Assembly (NCBI GenBank): GCA_964456685.1
Contig: CAYWCK010000001.1
Coordinates: 1-57,648, forward strand
DNA from: an uncultured Bifidobacteriaceae bacterium
GTDB taxonomy: Bacteria; Verrucomicrobiota; Verrucomicrobiia; Limisphaerales; JADLHS01
DNA length: 57,648 nucleotides
Direction: 5' to 3'
Shown: piece by piece, positions 37,492 through 46,701 of the stretch
How positions within the stretch are numbered: the first letter of the stretch is position 1
Layout: the number at the start of each line of letters is the position of its first letter
The notes under the pieces: model-generated
Seen by the model: the letters and a program-made list of their open reading frames with translations, nothing else
What the model was told of the DNA's origin: nothing
The model's database searches: none
Position numbers and translations under genes: made by a program

Positions 37492-38616
37492 ATGCGTCTG
37501 CTGGACAAATATCTTTTGCGCGAGTTGCTCGTGCCGCTGTTTTACTGTCTCGCGGGTTTCTTCATGTTTTGGGTGGCGTTTGAATTGTTGCAGGAACTCA
37601 GTTCGCTGCAGGAACACAAACTGACCGCGTGGGAGATTGTTTTGTATTACGCCGTCAAATCGCCCGCGCTCATCGTGGTCATGCTGCCGATTGCCTTGCT
37701 GCTCGGGTTGCTGTTTGCGTTGACGAACCACGCGCGCCATCACGAGATCACCGCGATTCGCGCCGCGGGTGTCAGTTTGTGGCGCTTGAGTTTGCCATAC
37801 TTCGCGGTGGGGTTGATTGCGGGCGGGGTGTTGTTTCTGCTGAACGAGTTGTTGGTGCCGGATAGCGAAAGCGCGGCGCTTGGCATCAAACAGCGGCATG
37901 TGCAAGTGGAACGGGCCGGCAGCGTGCAGGGCCGGGTGCAGAATCTTGGTTTTACCAACGCACGGGAACAGCGTGAGTGGTTGATCGGATTGTACGTGGT
38001 GGAACAGGCCGTGATGATTAACCCGCAGGTGAAGTGGCTCCAACCGGATGGTTCGGAGCGATGGTTGAAAGCTGCGCGCGCGCAACGCGTCAACGGTGTC
38101 TGGACGTTTTACGAGGCGGTCGAGTATCAAACCGATCCCCGGACCAATGCGGCGCCGGTGCCTTTGGCGGCCGCGGGCACGGTGGCGCGACCGGAGTTTT
38201 CCGAAACCCCGGACGAGATTAGGAGTGAGATCAAGATCGCCAGTCGCCTCGCGGCGGTCAGTACCCGGGAGGCGGATTTGTCGTTGTCGGAAATTTATGA
38301 TTATCTGCGCTTCCATCCGAACCTGAAGCGGAGTGATGAGTGGTGGCTCTACACCAAGTTGCACGGCCGGTTGGCGGCGCCGTGGACGTGCGTGGTGGTG
38401 GTGCTGATTGCGCTGCCATTTGGCGCGGCGTCCGGTCGGCGCAACGTTTTTGTCGGTGTGGCCAGCAGCATCTTCATCGCCTTCGGCTTCATGGTGCTGA
38501 CGCGGGTGGGGCTGGCGCTGGGAACGGCGGGCAGCGTGCCGGCCTGGCTCGCGGGTTGGTTGCCTAATATTTTCTTTGGCGCCATGGGTCTGTGGCTGAC
38601 GGCGCGGGCCCGGTGA
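37492..38616 (+). CDS. LptF/LptG-family (YjgP/YjgQ) lipopolysaccharide export permease
   Basis: The preferred start is Met34 (ATG at 37492), giving MRLLDKYLLRELLVPLFYCLAGFFMFWV, the canonical start of this family. It has six TM segments with a periplasmic insertion. Confidence 0.8.
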   Translation: MRLLDKYLLRELLVPLFYCLAGFFMFWVAFELLQELSSLQEHKLTAWEIVLYYAVKSPALIVVMLPIALLLGLLFALTNHARHHEITAIRAAGVSLWRLSLPYFAVGLIAGGVLFLLNELLVPDSESAALGIKQRHVQVERAGSVQGRVQNLGFTNAREQREWLIGLYVVEQAVMINPQVKWLQPDGSERWLKAARAQRVNGVWTFYEAVEYQTDPRTNAAPVPLAAAGTVARPEFSETPDEIRSEIKIASRLAAVSTREADLSLSEIYDYLRFHPNLKRSDEWWLYTKLHGRLAAPWTCVVVVLIALPFGAASGRRNVFVGVASSIFIAFGFMVLTRVGLALGTAGSVPAWLAGWLPNIFFGAMGLWLTARAR

Positions 38617-38671
38617 TTGAACGAGGAAGGCCGATCCGTATGACTTTCGCGGTGCGACACCTGGATTTTTC

Positions 38672-40399
38672 ATGCACGACGAATTAAGCGAGTTGAAAGC
38701 CCGATACGAGCGGCTGCGGTTGCTGTATCAGGTCGCAACGGTCATTCATTCGACGCTCGAGCCACAGGAGGCATTGCAGCTGATCGTGCGCGAGGCGGTG
38801 CGGATCACAGGCGCCACCAGCGGGTCGTTGGTTTTGCTGAATCCGACAACGGGGCTGATTGAGATTCTCGCCGCGCAAGGTTTGCCCGCAACCGCGGTGG
38901 ATTTGAAGCTGCGTCTCGGCGAAGGGATCACCGGTTGGGTGGCGCGCACCGGCAAGGCGGTGCGGATTGATGATGTGGCCAAAGACGCGCGGTATGTGAT
39001 GGTGCGTGACGATGTGCGCTCGGAGCTTGCAGTGCCATTGGAAGTTAAAGGAGAAGTGCGTGGCGTCTTGAATGTTGATGCGGATCGGGTGGCGGCATTT
39101 AGCGAAGCGGACGAAGAATTGTTAACTGGACTGGCGGCGCAGGCGGTGCGGGTCATTGAAAATCTGTGGCTGGTTGAGCAATTGCGCTTGAAGGCCCGCC
39201 TGCTGGAATCGCTCGCCAGCGTCAGTCGCACGATCAACTCGACATTGAGTCTGGATGAAGCGCTCACGGTCATCACGCGCGAGGCTTGCGGTCTGATGCA
39301 GGCGAAAGTTTGTTCGTTGATGATGATTGATCCCTCGCAAAGCTGGCTGGATGTGCGGTCGAGCCACGGAGCGGGCGAAGCGTACTTGAACAAGGCGCGC
39401 CTGAGTTTGCACGAGAGCTTGATTGGTGGTGTGGTCCGGCGAAAGAAGCCGGCGCAGGTGGAGGACGTAAGAACTTCAAGCCGATATCAAAGTGTGGAGG
39501 TCGCCCGATTGGAGGGATTGGTTTCGCTGTTGAGCGTGCCGCTGATTTTTAACGGTGAAGCCGTGGGCGCGCTCAACATTTATAAAAACCAGCGGTACAC
39601 ATTTTCCAACGAGGAAATCCGTATTCTCTCGGCGTTTGCCGAGTTGTCCGCAATCGCCATCGAAAAGGCCCAGCTTTATGAACGAGTGATGGATGTGGAG
39701 GAGCAGCTTCGTCGCAATGAGAAGTTGTCTGCACTGGGATTACTGGCGGCTGAGGTGGCGCATGAGATTCGGAATCCGCTGACCGTAATGAAGATGTTGT
39801 ATCACTCGCTAGATCTGAAATTTCCTGCAACGGATCCCCGCGCTCAGGATGCCCGGGTCATGGAAGAAAAGTTCCAGCAGATGAACCGGATTGTGGAACG
39901 AATTTTGGATTTTGCCCGGACGGCGGAGCCAGAATTTTCGCCGGTGAATCTAAATGAGTTGATCGAAGAACTGGGCTTGCTGGTGCGCCATAAATTCAGT
40001 CATCAGGGTGTTCGTCTGATCTGCGAACTGCAGCCTGATCTGCCAATGGTCACCGGGGACGCTGAGCAATTGGAGCAGGCGTTTCTGAATTTGTTGCTTA
40101 ACGCCGCCGAGGCGATGCCGAATGGGGGCACCATCACGGTTCGCTCCTTTATCGAAAAGGGTGTGACGGGATCTGTTTCCGATGCTGCCGTCGTGCTGGA
40201 GTTCGAGGACACCGGTACGGGAATGACCGAAGAGCAGCGTGCGCGCGCTTTTAGTTCGTTGCTGACCACGACGAAGTCGAAAGGAACTGGCTTAGGGTTG
40301 GCAATTGTGGGTCGAATCGTCGAAGCGCACCATGGAACAGCTGTCATCCTGCCCTGCGATCACGGCGGAACAAATATTCGCCTCTGTTTCCCTAACTGA
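38672..40399 (+). CDS. Cytoplasmic sensor histidine kinase with two GAF domains
   Basis: There are two GAF-like segments (GSLVLLNPTTG...GEGITGWVARTGKAVRIDDV and a second at aa ~200-340). The H-box is LAAEVAHEIRNPLTVM. The N-box is LLNAAEAM. The G-boxes are FEDTGTGM and GTGLGLAIV. No response regulator is adjacent. Confidence 0.85.
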   Translation: MHDELSELKARYERLRLLYQVATVIHSTLEPQEALQLIVREAVRITGATSGSLVLLNPTTGLIEILAAQGLPATAVDLKLRLGEGITGWVARTGKAVRIDDVAKDARYVMVRDDVRSELAVPLEVKGEVRGVLNVDADRVAAFSEADEELLTGLAAQAVRVIENLWLVEQLRLKARLLESLASVSRTINSTLSLDEALTVITREACGLMQAKVCSLMMIDPSQSWLDVRSSHGAGEAYLNKARLSLHESLIGGVVRRKKPAQVEDVRTSSRYQSVEVARLEGLVSLLSVPLIFNGEAVGALNIYKNQRYTFSNEEIRILSAFAELSAIAIEKAQLYERVMDVEEQLRRNEKLSALGLLAAEVAHEIRNPLTVMKMLYHSLDLKFPATDPRAQDARVMEEKFQQMNRIVERILDFARTAEPEFSPVNLNELIEELGLLVRHKFSHQGVRLICELQPDLPMVTGDAEQLEQAFLNLLLNAAEAMPNGGTITVRSFIEKGVTGSVSDAAVVLEFEDTGTGMTEEQRARAFSSLLTTTKSKGTGLGLAIVGRIVEAHHGTAVILPCDHGGTNIRLCFPN

Positions 40400-40637
40400 T
40401 CAGCAATTTCAGGTTTGAGCTGTTTTCCGAGTTTTCGGTAATTCTCCCATCTGACTAACAGGCCGAGTTTTCCAGGGGCAGTTATCCTTTTCCCTGCCTG
40501 AGAGTCAGAGTTGTTGGGGCTTTCCTCGACGTCGATTCTCGGCGCCTCATTTCTCGCCGCTTGCCAATACCATTTTCCTTGCTCTGCGGCAGGGCAAAGT
40601 TTAACCAACAATCGGTCTTTGCAGCCTTCGAGATTAT

Positions 40638-42251
40638 ATGAACGATGATAGAATCAAACTTTGGGAACGTTTTCAGAAATACTATTTTGAATTCCCCTCT
40701 TTGGGGATGCGTTTGGACCTGAGCAGGATGCAGTTCGAGGACGATTTTATAGAGAGAATGCAGCCGCGTTTAGACGCTGCACTTGACGAAATGGAGGCGC
40801 TGGAAGCTGGTGCCATCGCTAACAAGGACGAAAATCGCATGGTGGGTCATTACTGGTTGCGTAATCCGGCACTCGCGCCATCTCCCCAGATCCGCCAAGA
40901 GATCGAATCAACCGTAACGAGAATCAAAGAATTTGCCGAGGATGTGCACTCCGGAAAGATTCGTGGGGAGAGGGGGCAGTTTAAGAACATTTTGGTGATC
41001 GGCATAGGGGGGTCGTGTCTCGGACCTCAGTTTGTTGCAAATGCCCTTGGCCATCCTAAGACTAATCGCCTGACTCCATATTTTTTCGATAACACCGATT
41101 CTGATGGGATGGAGCGAGTCCTTGCAACGATTGGCGAGGGATTAGGTACTACTCTTTGCATCGTGATCTCCAAGTCTGGAGGGACGCATGAAACCCGTAA
41201 TGGCATGATGGAGGCAATGGCTGCCTACGCAAATTTAGGTTTCGAATTCCGGAAGCACGCAATTGCTATAACACGTGAAGATAGCGAGTTACACAAATCC
41301 TCTGTCGCAAATTCGTGGCTTTGTTCTTTCCCAATGTGGGATTGGGTTGGAGGTCGAACGAGCGAACTTTCGGCAGTTGGATTACTTCCTGCGGCGCTTC
41401 TGGGCCTTGATATTGACGCCATGCTTTCAGGCGCGAAGCAATGCGACTCGGCTACAAGGAATAGACGATTTCGCGAAAACCCCGCATCGCAGTTAGCCTC
41501 GATGTGGTTTCACGCTGGCAATGGTAATGGGCTAAAGAATATGGTAGTGCTTCCATACAGAGATCGGCTGGAGCTGTTGTCGAAGTACCTTCAGCAACTC
41601 ATAATGGAATCCATCGGCAAACGATTCGACAGGGATGGACGCCAAGTATGTCAAGGCTTGACTGTGTTCGGCAATAAGGGTGCAACAGATCAACATTCTT
41701 ACGTACAACAGCTTAGAGACGGTGCAAACGACTTTTTTGTGCTCTTCTTGCAGGTCTTAAAATCCTCAAGAAGCTCGAATGTGCTGGTTGATGGTGAGTC
41801 CTCATCGGATGATTACTTGGCCGGTTTCTTCTTAGGTACGCGTCAGGCCTTGACCGAAGGTAACCGCGAGTCGGTGTCGCTGATATTTGATGAGGTGACG
41901 TCATTTTCTATCGGTGCCGTAATCGCATTGTTTGAGCGAGCGGTGGGTATTTATGCATCGCTTATTGGTGTGAATGCTTATCATCAACCAGGTGTTGAAG
42001 CTGGAAAAGCGGCCGCAGCTCAAGTCTTAGCCCTGCAGCGCAAGGTCATTTCGACCCTCAAGTCGGCTCCTGGAACAACCATGAACGCGTCTGAGATTGC
42101 AACAAGAATCGGCAATCCATCAAGCGTGGAGCACGTATTCAGTGTAGCCGAGCGATTAGCGATGTCAGGAAAGCATGGCATAAATCGACTAAATGGCGGG
42201 GGACCAAACTTGGTTCAGTTTGCTTATTTGCATACCGAAGTAGTCCGATGA
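40638..42251 (+). CDS. pgi: Glucose-6-phosphate isomerase
   Basis: 537 aa. Motifs are MVGHYWLRNP, VIGIGGSCLGPQF, ISKSGGTHET and GGRTSELSAVGL (PGI family signatures). GC is clearly lower than in the flanks. There is a 4-nt overlap with mnmG. Confidence 0.9.
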   Translation: MNDDRIKLWERFQKYYFEFPSLGMRLDLSRMQFEDDFIERMQPRLDAALDEMEALEAGAIANKDENRMVGHYWLRNPALAPSPQIRQEIESTVTRIKEFAEDVHSGKIRGERGQFKNILVIGIGGSCLGPQFVANALGHPKTNRLTPYFFDNTDSDGMERVLATIGEGLGTTLCIVISKSGGTHETRNGMMEAMAAYANLGFEFRKHAIAITREDSELHKSSVANSWLCSFPMWDWVGGRTSELSAVGLLPAALLGLDIDAMLSGAKQCDSATRNRRFRENPASQLASMWFHAGNGNGLKNMVVLPYRDRLELLSKYLQQLIMESIGKRFDRDGRQVCQGLTVFGNKGATDQHSYVQQLRDGANDFFVLFLQVLKSSRSSNVLVDGESSSDDYLAGFFLGTRQALTEGNRESVSLIFDEVTSFSIGAVIALFERAVGIYASLIGVNAYHQPGVEAGKAAAAQVLALQRKVISTLKSAPGTTMNASEIATRIGNPSSVEHVFSVAERLAMSGKHGINRLNGGGPNLVQFAYLHTEVVR

Positions 42252-44203
42252 CATTTCTATATCCCAAAGCGTACGATATAATTGTTATCGGTGGAGGGCA
42301 TGCCGGTGTAGAAGCCGCATTGGCAGCTGCTAGGATGCAATGTCAAGTTTTGCTGCTTACCATGAATCCGGACAGCATAGGCCAGATGTCTTGCAATCCC
42401 GCGATCGGCGGTCTTGGAAAGGGTCACTTGGTTAGAGAAATCGATGCGTTAGGTGGGGAAATGGGAATGAATACTGATCTTACAGGCATTCAATTCCGGA
42501 TGTTGAATACAAAGAAGGGTCCAGCCGTTCAGTCACCGCGCGCTCAATGTGATAAAAAGCTGTACCAGCAGCGAATGAAATGGGTTTGTGAGCGCGAGCC
42601 AAATCTCGACGTCAAGCAGGCGAATACCACAGCCCTTGTTTGCACGGATGGTAAAGTGGATGGGGTTGATACTTCAATTGGCGTTCGTTTTAGTTGTAGG
42701 GCTGTAATTGTCACGACTGGCACATTCCTTCACGGCCTAATGCACGTTGGTAGATCACAAGCTCAAGGCGGTCGCTTGGGAGATTCGGCGTCAACACATT
42801 TGTCATCATCACTGAAACAGCTTGGTCTTGAACTCGGCCGGTTGAAGACGGGAACTCCACCAAGGCTTTTGCGGAAGAGTATTGAGTTTTCAAAAATGCA
42901 GAGGCAGGTTGGGGATGACCCGCCCCCGTTCTTCTCCTACCGAGATCATCGCCTGTTCCACGTGGAACAAGCGCCTAGGATTACCGCTGGAAGTCATAGC
43001 AATATTGTGGCATTTCCAACAGGATCGGCACTTGCCCAAATTGGAAGTCAGCTTGATTGCTACATCACGTTTACAACTGAAGTAACGGCAGGATTGATCA
43101 AATCCAATATTTCCAAGTCGCCACTTTATGCCGGATCGATCAAGGGAGTTGGACCTCGATATTGCCCTTCCATTGAGGACAAAATCATGCGATTCCCCGA
43201 TAAGGAGCGTCATCAAGTCTTTCTTGAGCCAGAGGGGATAAAAACAGACGAGTTTTACTTGAATGGCGTTTCTACAAGCCTCCCATACGAAATCCAAGTC
43301 GAAATAGTGCGAAGCATCCCGGGTTGCGAATCGGCAGAATTGTTGCGTCCAGCCTACGCAGTAGAATATGATTTTGTTCTACCAACTCAGCTTAGTGCTA
43401 ACTTGGAAACGAAGTGTTGTAATGGACTGTTCTTGGCTGGCCAGATCAACGGAACATCTGGTTATGAAGAGGCAGCTGCACAAGGTTTGATGGCTGGCAT
43501 CAACGCCGCACACTTTGTTCGAAATAAATCTCCACTCGTACTAAGGAGAGATCAATCCTACATCGGTGTGCTCATTGACGATCTTGTAACAAAAGGAACT
43601 ACAGAGCCATATAGAATGTTTACTTCTAGGGCAGAGTATAGGCTTTTGTTGAGGCATGATAATGCTGACCAAAGATTGTCGCAGATTGGATACGAGCTCG
43701 GATTATTAAGTAGCGATGATTACAAACTGTACGTTGACAAGCAAACATCTATCAATGAAGAAGTTGTGAGATTGAAGAGCGTCCGATCTGGAACTCAAAC
43801 GCTGGCCCAATTGTTAAGAAGGCCGGAGGTGACTTACGATCAACTGCCAAGCAAAAACCCGGTTCTGCCGGATGAGGTTGTCCGCCAGGTTGAAATAGCG
43901 ATCAAGTATCAAGGTTACATAGATCGCCAAGGGAAGGATGCTGAGCGCCTCAAATCACTTGAAAAAAAAGGAATTCCCGACGGAATGGACTTTCTGTCCA
44001 TACGGAATTTGAAGATGGAGGCGCGCCAAAAGTTAGATCGAATTAGGCCTAAGACCCTAGGTCAGGCCGCAAGGATTTCGGGCGTATCACCTGCGGACAT
44101 CAGCGCCTTAGCTGTTTGGCTGAAGCGGTCACGCGCAAACTCAAAACCGCTTGGCGATGATGGACAGTCTCACACTTCGTGTGATTGCAGTGGTGAAGAG
44201 TAG
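42248..44203 (+). CDS. mnmG: tRNA uridine-5-carboxymethylaminomethyl(34) synthesis enzyme MnmG (GidA)
   Basis: YDIIVIGGGHAGVEAALAAARM at the N-terminus. Further motifs are MSCNPAIGGLGKGHLVREIDALGG, GPRYCPSIEDK, LAGQINGTSGYEEAAAQG and FTSRAEYRLLLRHDNAD. Confidence 0.95.
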   Translation: MTFLYPKAYDIIVIGGGHAGVEAALAAARMQCQVLLLTMNPDSIGQMSCNPAIGGLGKGHLVREIDALGGEMGMNTDLTGIQFRMLNTKKGPAVQSPRAQCDKKLYQQRMKWVCEREPNLDVKQANTTALVCTDGKVDGVDTSIGVRFSCRAVIVTTGTFLHGLMHVGRSQAQGGRLGDSASTHLSSSLKQLGLELGRLKTGTPPRLLRKSIEFSKMQRQVGDDPPPFFSYRDHRLFHVEQAPRITAGSHSNIVAFPTGSALAQIGSQLDCYITFTTEVTAGLIKSNISKSPLYAGSIKGVGPRYCPSIEDKIMRFPDKERHQVFLEPEGIKTDEFYLNGVSTSLPYEIQVEIVRSIPGCESAELLRPAYAVEYDFVLPTQLSANLETKCCNGLFLAGQINGTSGYEEAAAQGLMAGINAAHFVRNKSPLVLRRDQSYIGVLIDDLVTKGTTEPYRMFTSRAEYRLLLRHDNADQRLSQIGYELGLLSSDDYKLYVDKQTSINEEVVRLKSVRSGTQTLAQLLRRPEVTYDQLPSKNPVLPDEVVRQVEIAIKYQGYIDRQGKDAERLKSLEKKGIPDGMDFLSIRNLKMEARQKLDRIRPKTLGQAARISGVSPADISALAVWLKRSRANSKPLGDDGQSHTSCDCSGEE

Positions 44204-44550
44204 GTGTCTCCGGTGCGGCTCCGCAAGGAGGACATTGGAGGATAAGAATGCGCTTTGCCATTGCCGGGGCAAACTCATGAACGAAGTCTGGAGAGCACTT
44301 CTCACGTCCGACAAAATCTGTTCAAACTCCCCCACACTCAGAGGAACAGAACGACCGCCTGAACCTCACTCAATACATAACACTCGTGCAGACCGCTGCT
44401 GGTGCAATTGTTCCTTCTTGCCGGAAGTTTGGCCGCACATCGAACTCAATCAACTCAGCCTGATTGACACCGAGACTGGGCGGCGCGTTGACGTGGGGGC
44501 ATGCCCGGGACTATGCTGCGCCGCACTCCAGAATTTTCAGGCAATCGCCC

Positions 44551-46077
44551 ATGCGCCCACGGTTGCAACTCTTGAATCGCCAGCCCTTCCGCGGCATGTG
44601 GATTACGGCTCTGGTTGGCGTTGTGCTGGTTAGCCTGCCGCCTCTGGCTTGGCTGAGCTACGATGTTTCCCATCTCGCGCGGCCGCTCGTCGGGCCGGCG
44701 CACCCGATTACCAATGTTGCAATAATCTACGCCGACGAACTCACCAGTCGGGAACTCGGCGACGGTCGGCGTGTGCATTGGACGAACCACGCCCGATTGT
44801 TGGACCGGTTGACCCAAGACGGCGCCCGGGCGGTGCTGTACGATTTTGTGTTCGATGTCACCAACTCCGAGCCGCGCGCCGCCACCGTCTTTGCAGACGC
44901 CATTCGCCGACAGCAATCGGTGATTTTAGTGCGCCCTAAAGTAGCGCGCGACGGCGTTGAGATTTTGGAGTCTCCGTTGACCACGCTCGATAACGCTGCA
45001 CGCGGTGCCGGCCATGGAGAGCTTTTCGATGATGTGGTGCGCCGCTTGTCCGGGGATTACCTCGGCGTGGAATACGCCGGTTGGTTGGTGGCGCAGATCG
45101 GTGATTCCAATCGCTTGAGTTCGATGAATCGCAATGAAGAGCGCTGGCTTTGCTACCACGGGCTGCCGCCGAATCTCGGTCTGCAGACCTATCCTTTCGA
45201 GGACGTGATTTCCAACGCGGTTCCGCCAGGAACATTTGCTGGCAAGCTCGTCGTTGTAGGTGCGCAGTCTTCGGTGAGTGACATCGGTGCGCTCAAGGAA
45301 ACTTTTGCCACGCCATACGGACTATTCCGTTATCCGCGCGCGCCCGGGGCCGCCATTCACGCAACTGCCATCGCCAATCTGATGCATGGCGAGACAATGC
45401 GTCTCCTGTCTCGTTGGGAAGAATACTCGATCGCGGTTCTTTACGGTGTTGCGCTGATCGGGTTGCTATACAACTTGGCGCGACGCAGCCGGTTCGTGCT
45501 GATCGCGGGAGCCGTTATCAGCGGGCTGCTGCTCACACTCATTTCGCTCTGGGTGCAATGGCATTTCCACGTCTGGTGGGTGTGGCTGGCTGGTGCGGTG
45601 GGACAAACCACCACGGCGACGGTTTATGTTTGGAGGCATCGTCCGCGCGATCGATATGTCGCCTTCATCAGCTACCGCACCGAAGATGATGGCGCGGCGG
45701 CGTTGCTGATTCAGCGCAGTCTGGCCGACCGCGGCCTTAATCTTTTTCTCGACGTGAAAAGCCTCGAGGCCGGCCATTTTGATGCGCAACTGTTGCGTGA
45801 GATCGAGTCCGCCAGCTTCTTCGTGTTGATCCTCTCACCCAAGTCACTGGCGCGCTGTGCAAATCCAGATGACTGGGTGCTGCGCGAGTTGACGCACGCG
45901 CTGAGCAAAGGCAAACCCATTGTGCCCGTGTTCCGCGGCGGATTTAACTTTGACGCCAAGGAGCACATCCCCGACCTGCCGCAGATCGCCGAACTCCGCC
46001 GCTTTCAGGGGGTGCTGTATTCCAACGCCGACTTTGACGGCTTCATGGAAAAACTGGTGAAGCTGTTGAAGACTTAG
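44551..46077 (+). CDS. Membrane protein with an extracytoplasmic CHASE2 sensor domain, three further TM helices and a C-terminal cytoplasmic TIR domain
   Basis: The preferred start is Met30 (ATG at 44551).
- TM1: MWITALVGVVLVSLPPLAWL.
- CHASE2-like pattern: VAIIYADELTSRELG...WTNHARLLDRLTQDGARAVLYDFVF ... DDVVRR ... GKLVVVGAQSS..D...TPYG...PGAAIHATAIANLMHG.
- Three further TM helices span aa ~320-400 of the ORF.
- TIR-like C-terminus: YVAFISYRTEDDGAAALLIQRSLADRGLNLFLDVKSLEAGHFDAQLLREIESASFFVLILSPKSLARCANPDDWVLRELTHAL. Confidence 0.75.
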   Translation: MRPRLQLLNRQPFRGMWITALVGVVLVSLPPLAWLSYDVSHLARPLVGPAHPITNVAIIYADELTSRELGDGRRVHWTNHARLLDRLTQDGARAVLYDFVFDVTNSEPRAATVFADAIRRQQSVILVRPKVARDGVEILESPLTTLDNAARGAGHGELFDDVVRRLSGDYLGVEYAGWLVAQIGDSNRLSSMNRNEERWLCYHGLPPNLGLQTYPFEDVISNAVPPGTFAGKLVVVGAQSSVSDIGALKETFATPYGLFRYPRAPGAAIHATAIANLMHGETMRLLSRWEEYSIAVLYGVALIGLLYNLARRSRFVLIAGAVISGLLLTLISLWVQWHFHVWWVWLAGAVGQTTTATVYVWRHRPRDRYVAFISYRTEDDGAAALLIQRSLADRGLNLFLDVKSLEAGHFDAQLLREIESASFFVLILSPKSLARCANPDDWVLRELTHALSKGKPIVPVFRGGFNFDAKEHIPDLPQIAELRRFQGVLYSNADFDGFMEKLVKLLKT

Positions 46078-46184
46078 GGCGTGGCTCATTCGTGATTCCA
46101 GTGGGGCGAGCGTCCCCGCGAGCCGGCTCGTCAGGAGACTTGCCCGACCAGGCTCCTTCACCACTAAACCTCGCAGGCCCGACC

Positions 46185-46688
46185 TCAATAATCGTAAAGC
46201 CCGCTGTCCTTTGTGTAACCGCCGCCGCTCCCGCCGCCTTCCGGGCCGCCCATGAAATCGCCCAGCACATCGCCCATGTCCGCCTCGATCTTCTCCGGAT
46301 CTTCTCCGGCTTCAAGACGCTTGATGGCGATGTCCATTTCCTTCGGCATCGTGCCGGGCGGCATGAGATCCTTCATCTTCCGCATCATGTGCGCCATGTG
46401 CTTGGGGTTGTTCTCGTCGAGGCTCTCCATGTCGCGTTCCATTTCCATCATCGCGCGCTCGACGCGTGGATCATCCATGTCCGGCATCGGCGGGCCACCG
46501 GGATCCGCGCCGCCGGGGACGGGGGCAGCCTCCTTCAAGCCGCGCATCATGGCGAAGCGGCTGATCTCCTTCTTCAACTTCTTGTTCCCGCACTTCGGGC
46601 AGACGGGGAGGCGGTCGGGATTAATGCGCTTCGAGAGGAAGCTGTAAATCCGCCGGCACTTGGGACAGGCAAACTCGTAAATCGGCAT
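46185..46688 (-). CDS. FmdB-family zinc-ribbon protein with a long acidic, Met-rich C-terminal extension
   Basis: MPIYEFACPKCRRIYSF...LPVCPKCGNKKLKKEISRF has the CxxC...CxxC putative regulatory zinc ribbon. The C-terminus carries a Gly-rich tail (GGPEGGGSGGG). Confidence 0.75.
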   Translation of the reverse strand: MPIYEFACPKCRRIYSFLSKRINPDRLPVCPKCGNKKLKKEISRFAMMRGLKEAAPVPGGADPGGPPMPDMDDPRVERAMMEMERDMESLDENNPKHMAHMMRKMKDLMPPGTMPKEMDIAIKRLEAGEDPEKIEADMGDVLGDFMGGPEGGGSGGGYTKDSGLYDY

Positions 46689-46701
46689 GGCGAAAATTTA
46701 G

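Noticed and set aside
37321-38673. A 450-aa ORF on the minus strand
   Set aside because: It is antisense to the LptF/G-family permease gene. It is extremely Arg/Gln/His-rich and is a shadow ORF.
44151-44633. A 160-aa Cys-rich ORF bridging the mnmG / CHASE2-TIR intergenic region
   Set aside because: It overlaps the ends of both well-supported genes. It has no recognisable motif and no plausible start context. The Cys richness looks compositional.
46078-46184. A possible bidirectional terminator between the convergent CHASE2-TIR and FmdB genes
   Set aside because: Only short stems are present (GGGG/CCCC and the 12-bp palindrome CGAGCCGGCTCG), and there is no U-tract on either strand. This is not convincing as an intrinsic terminator.
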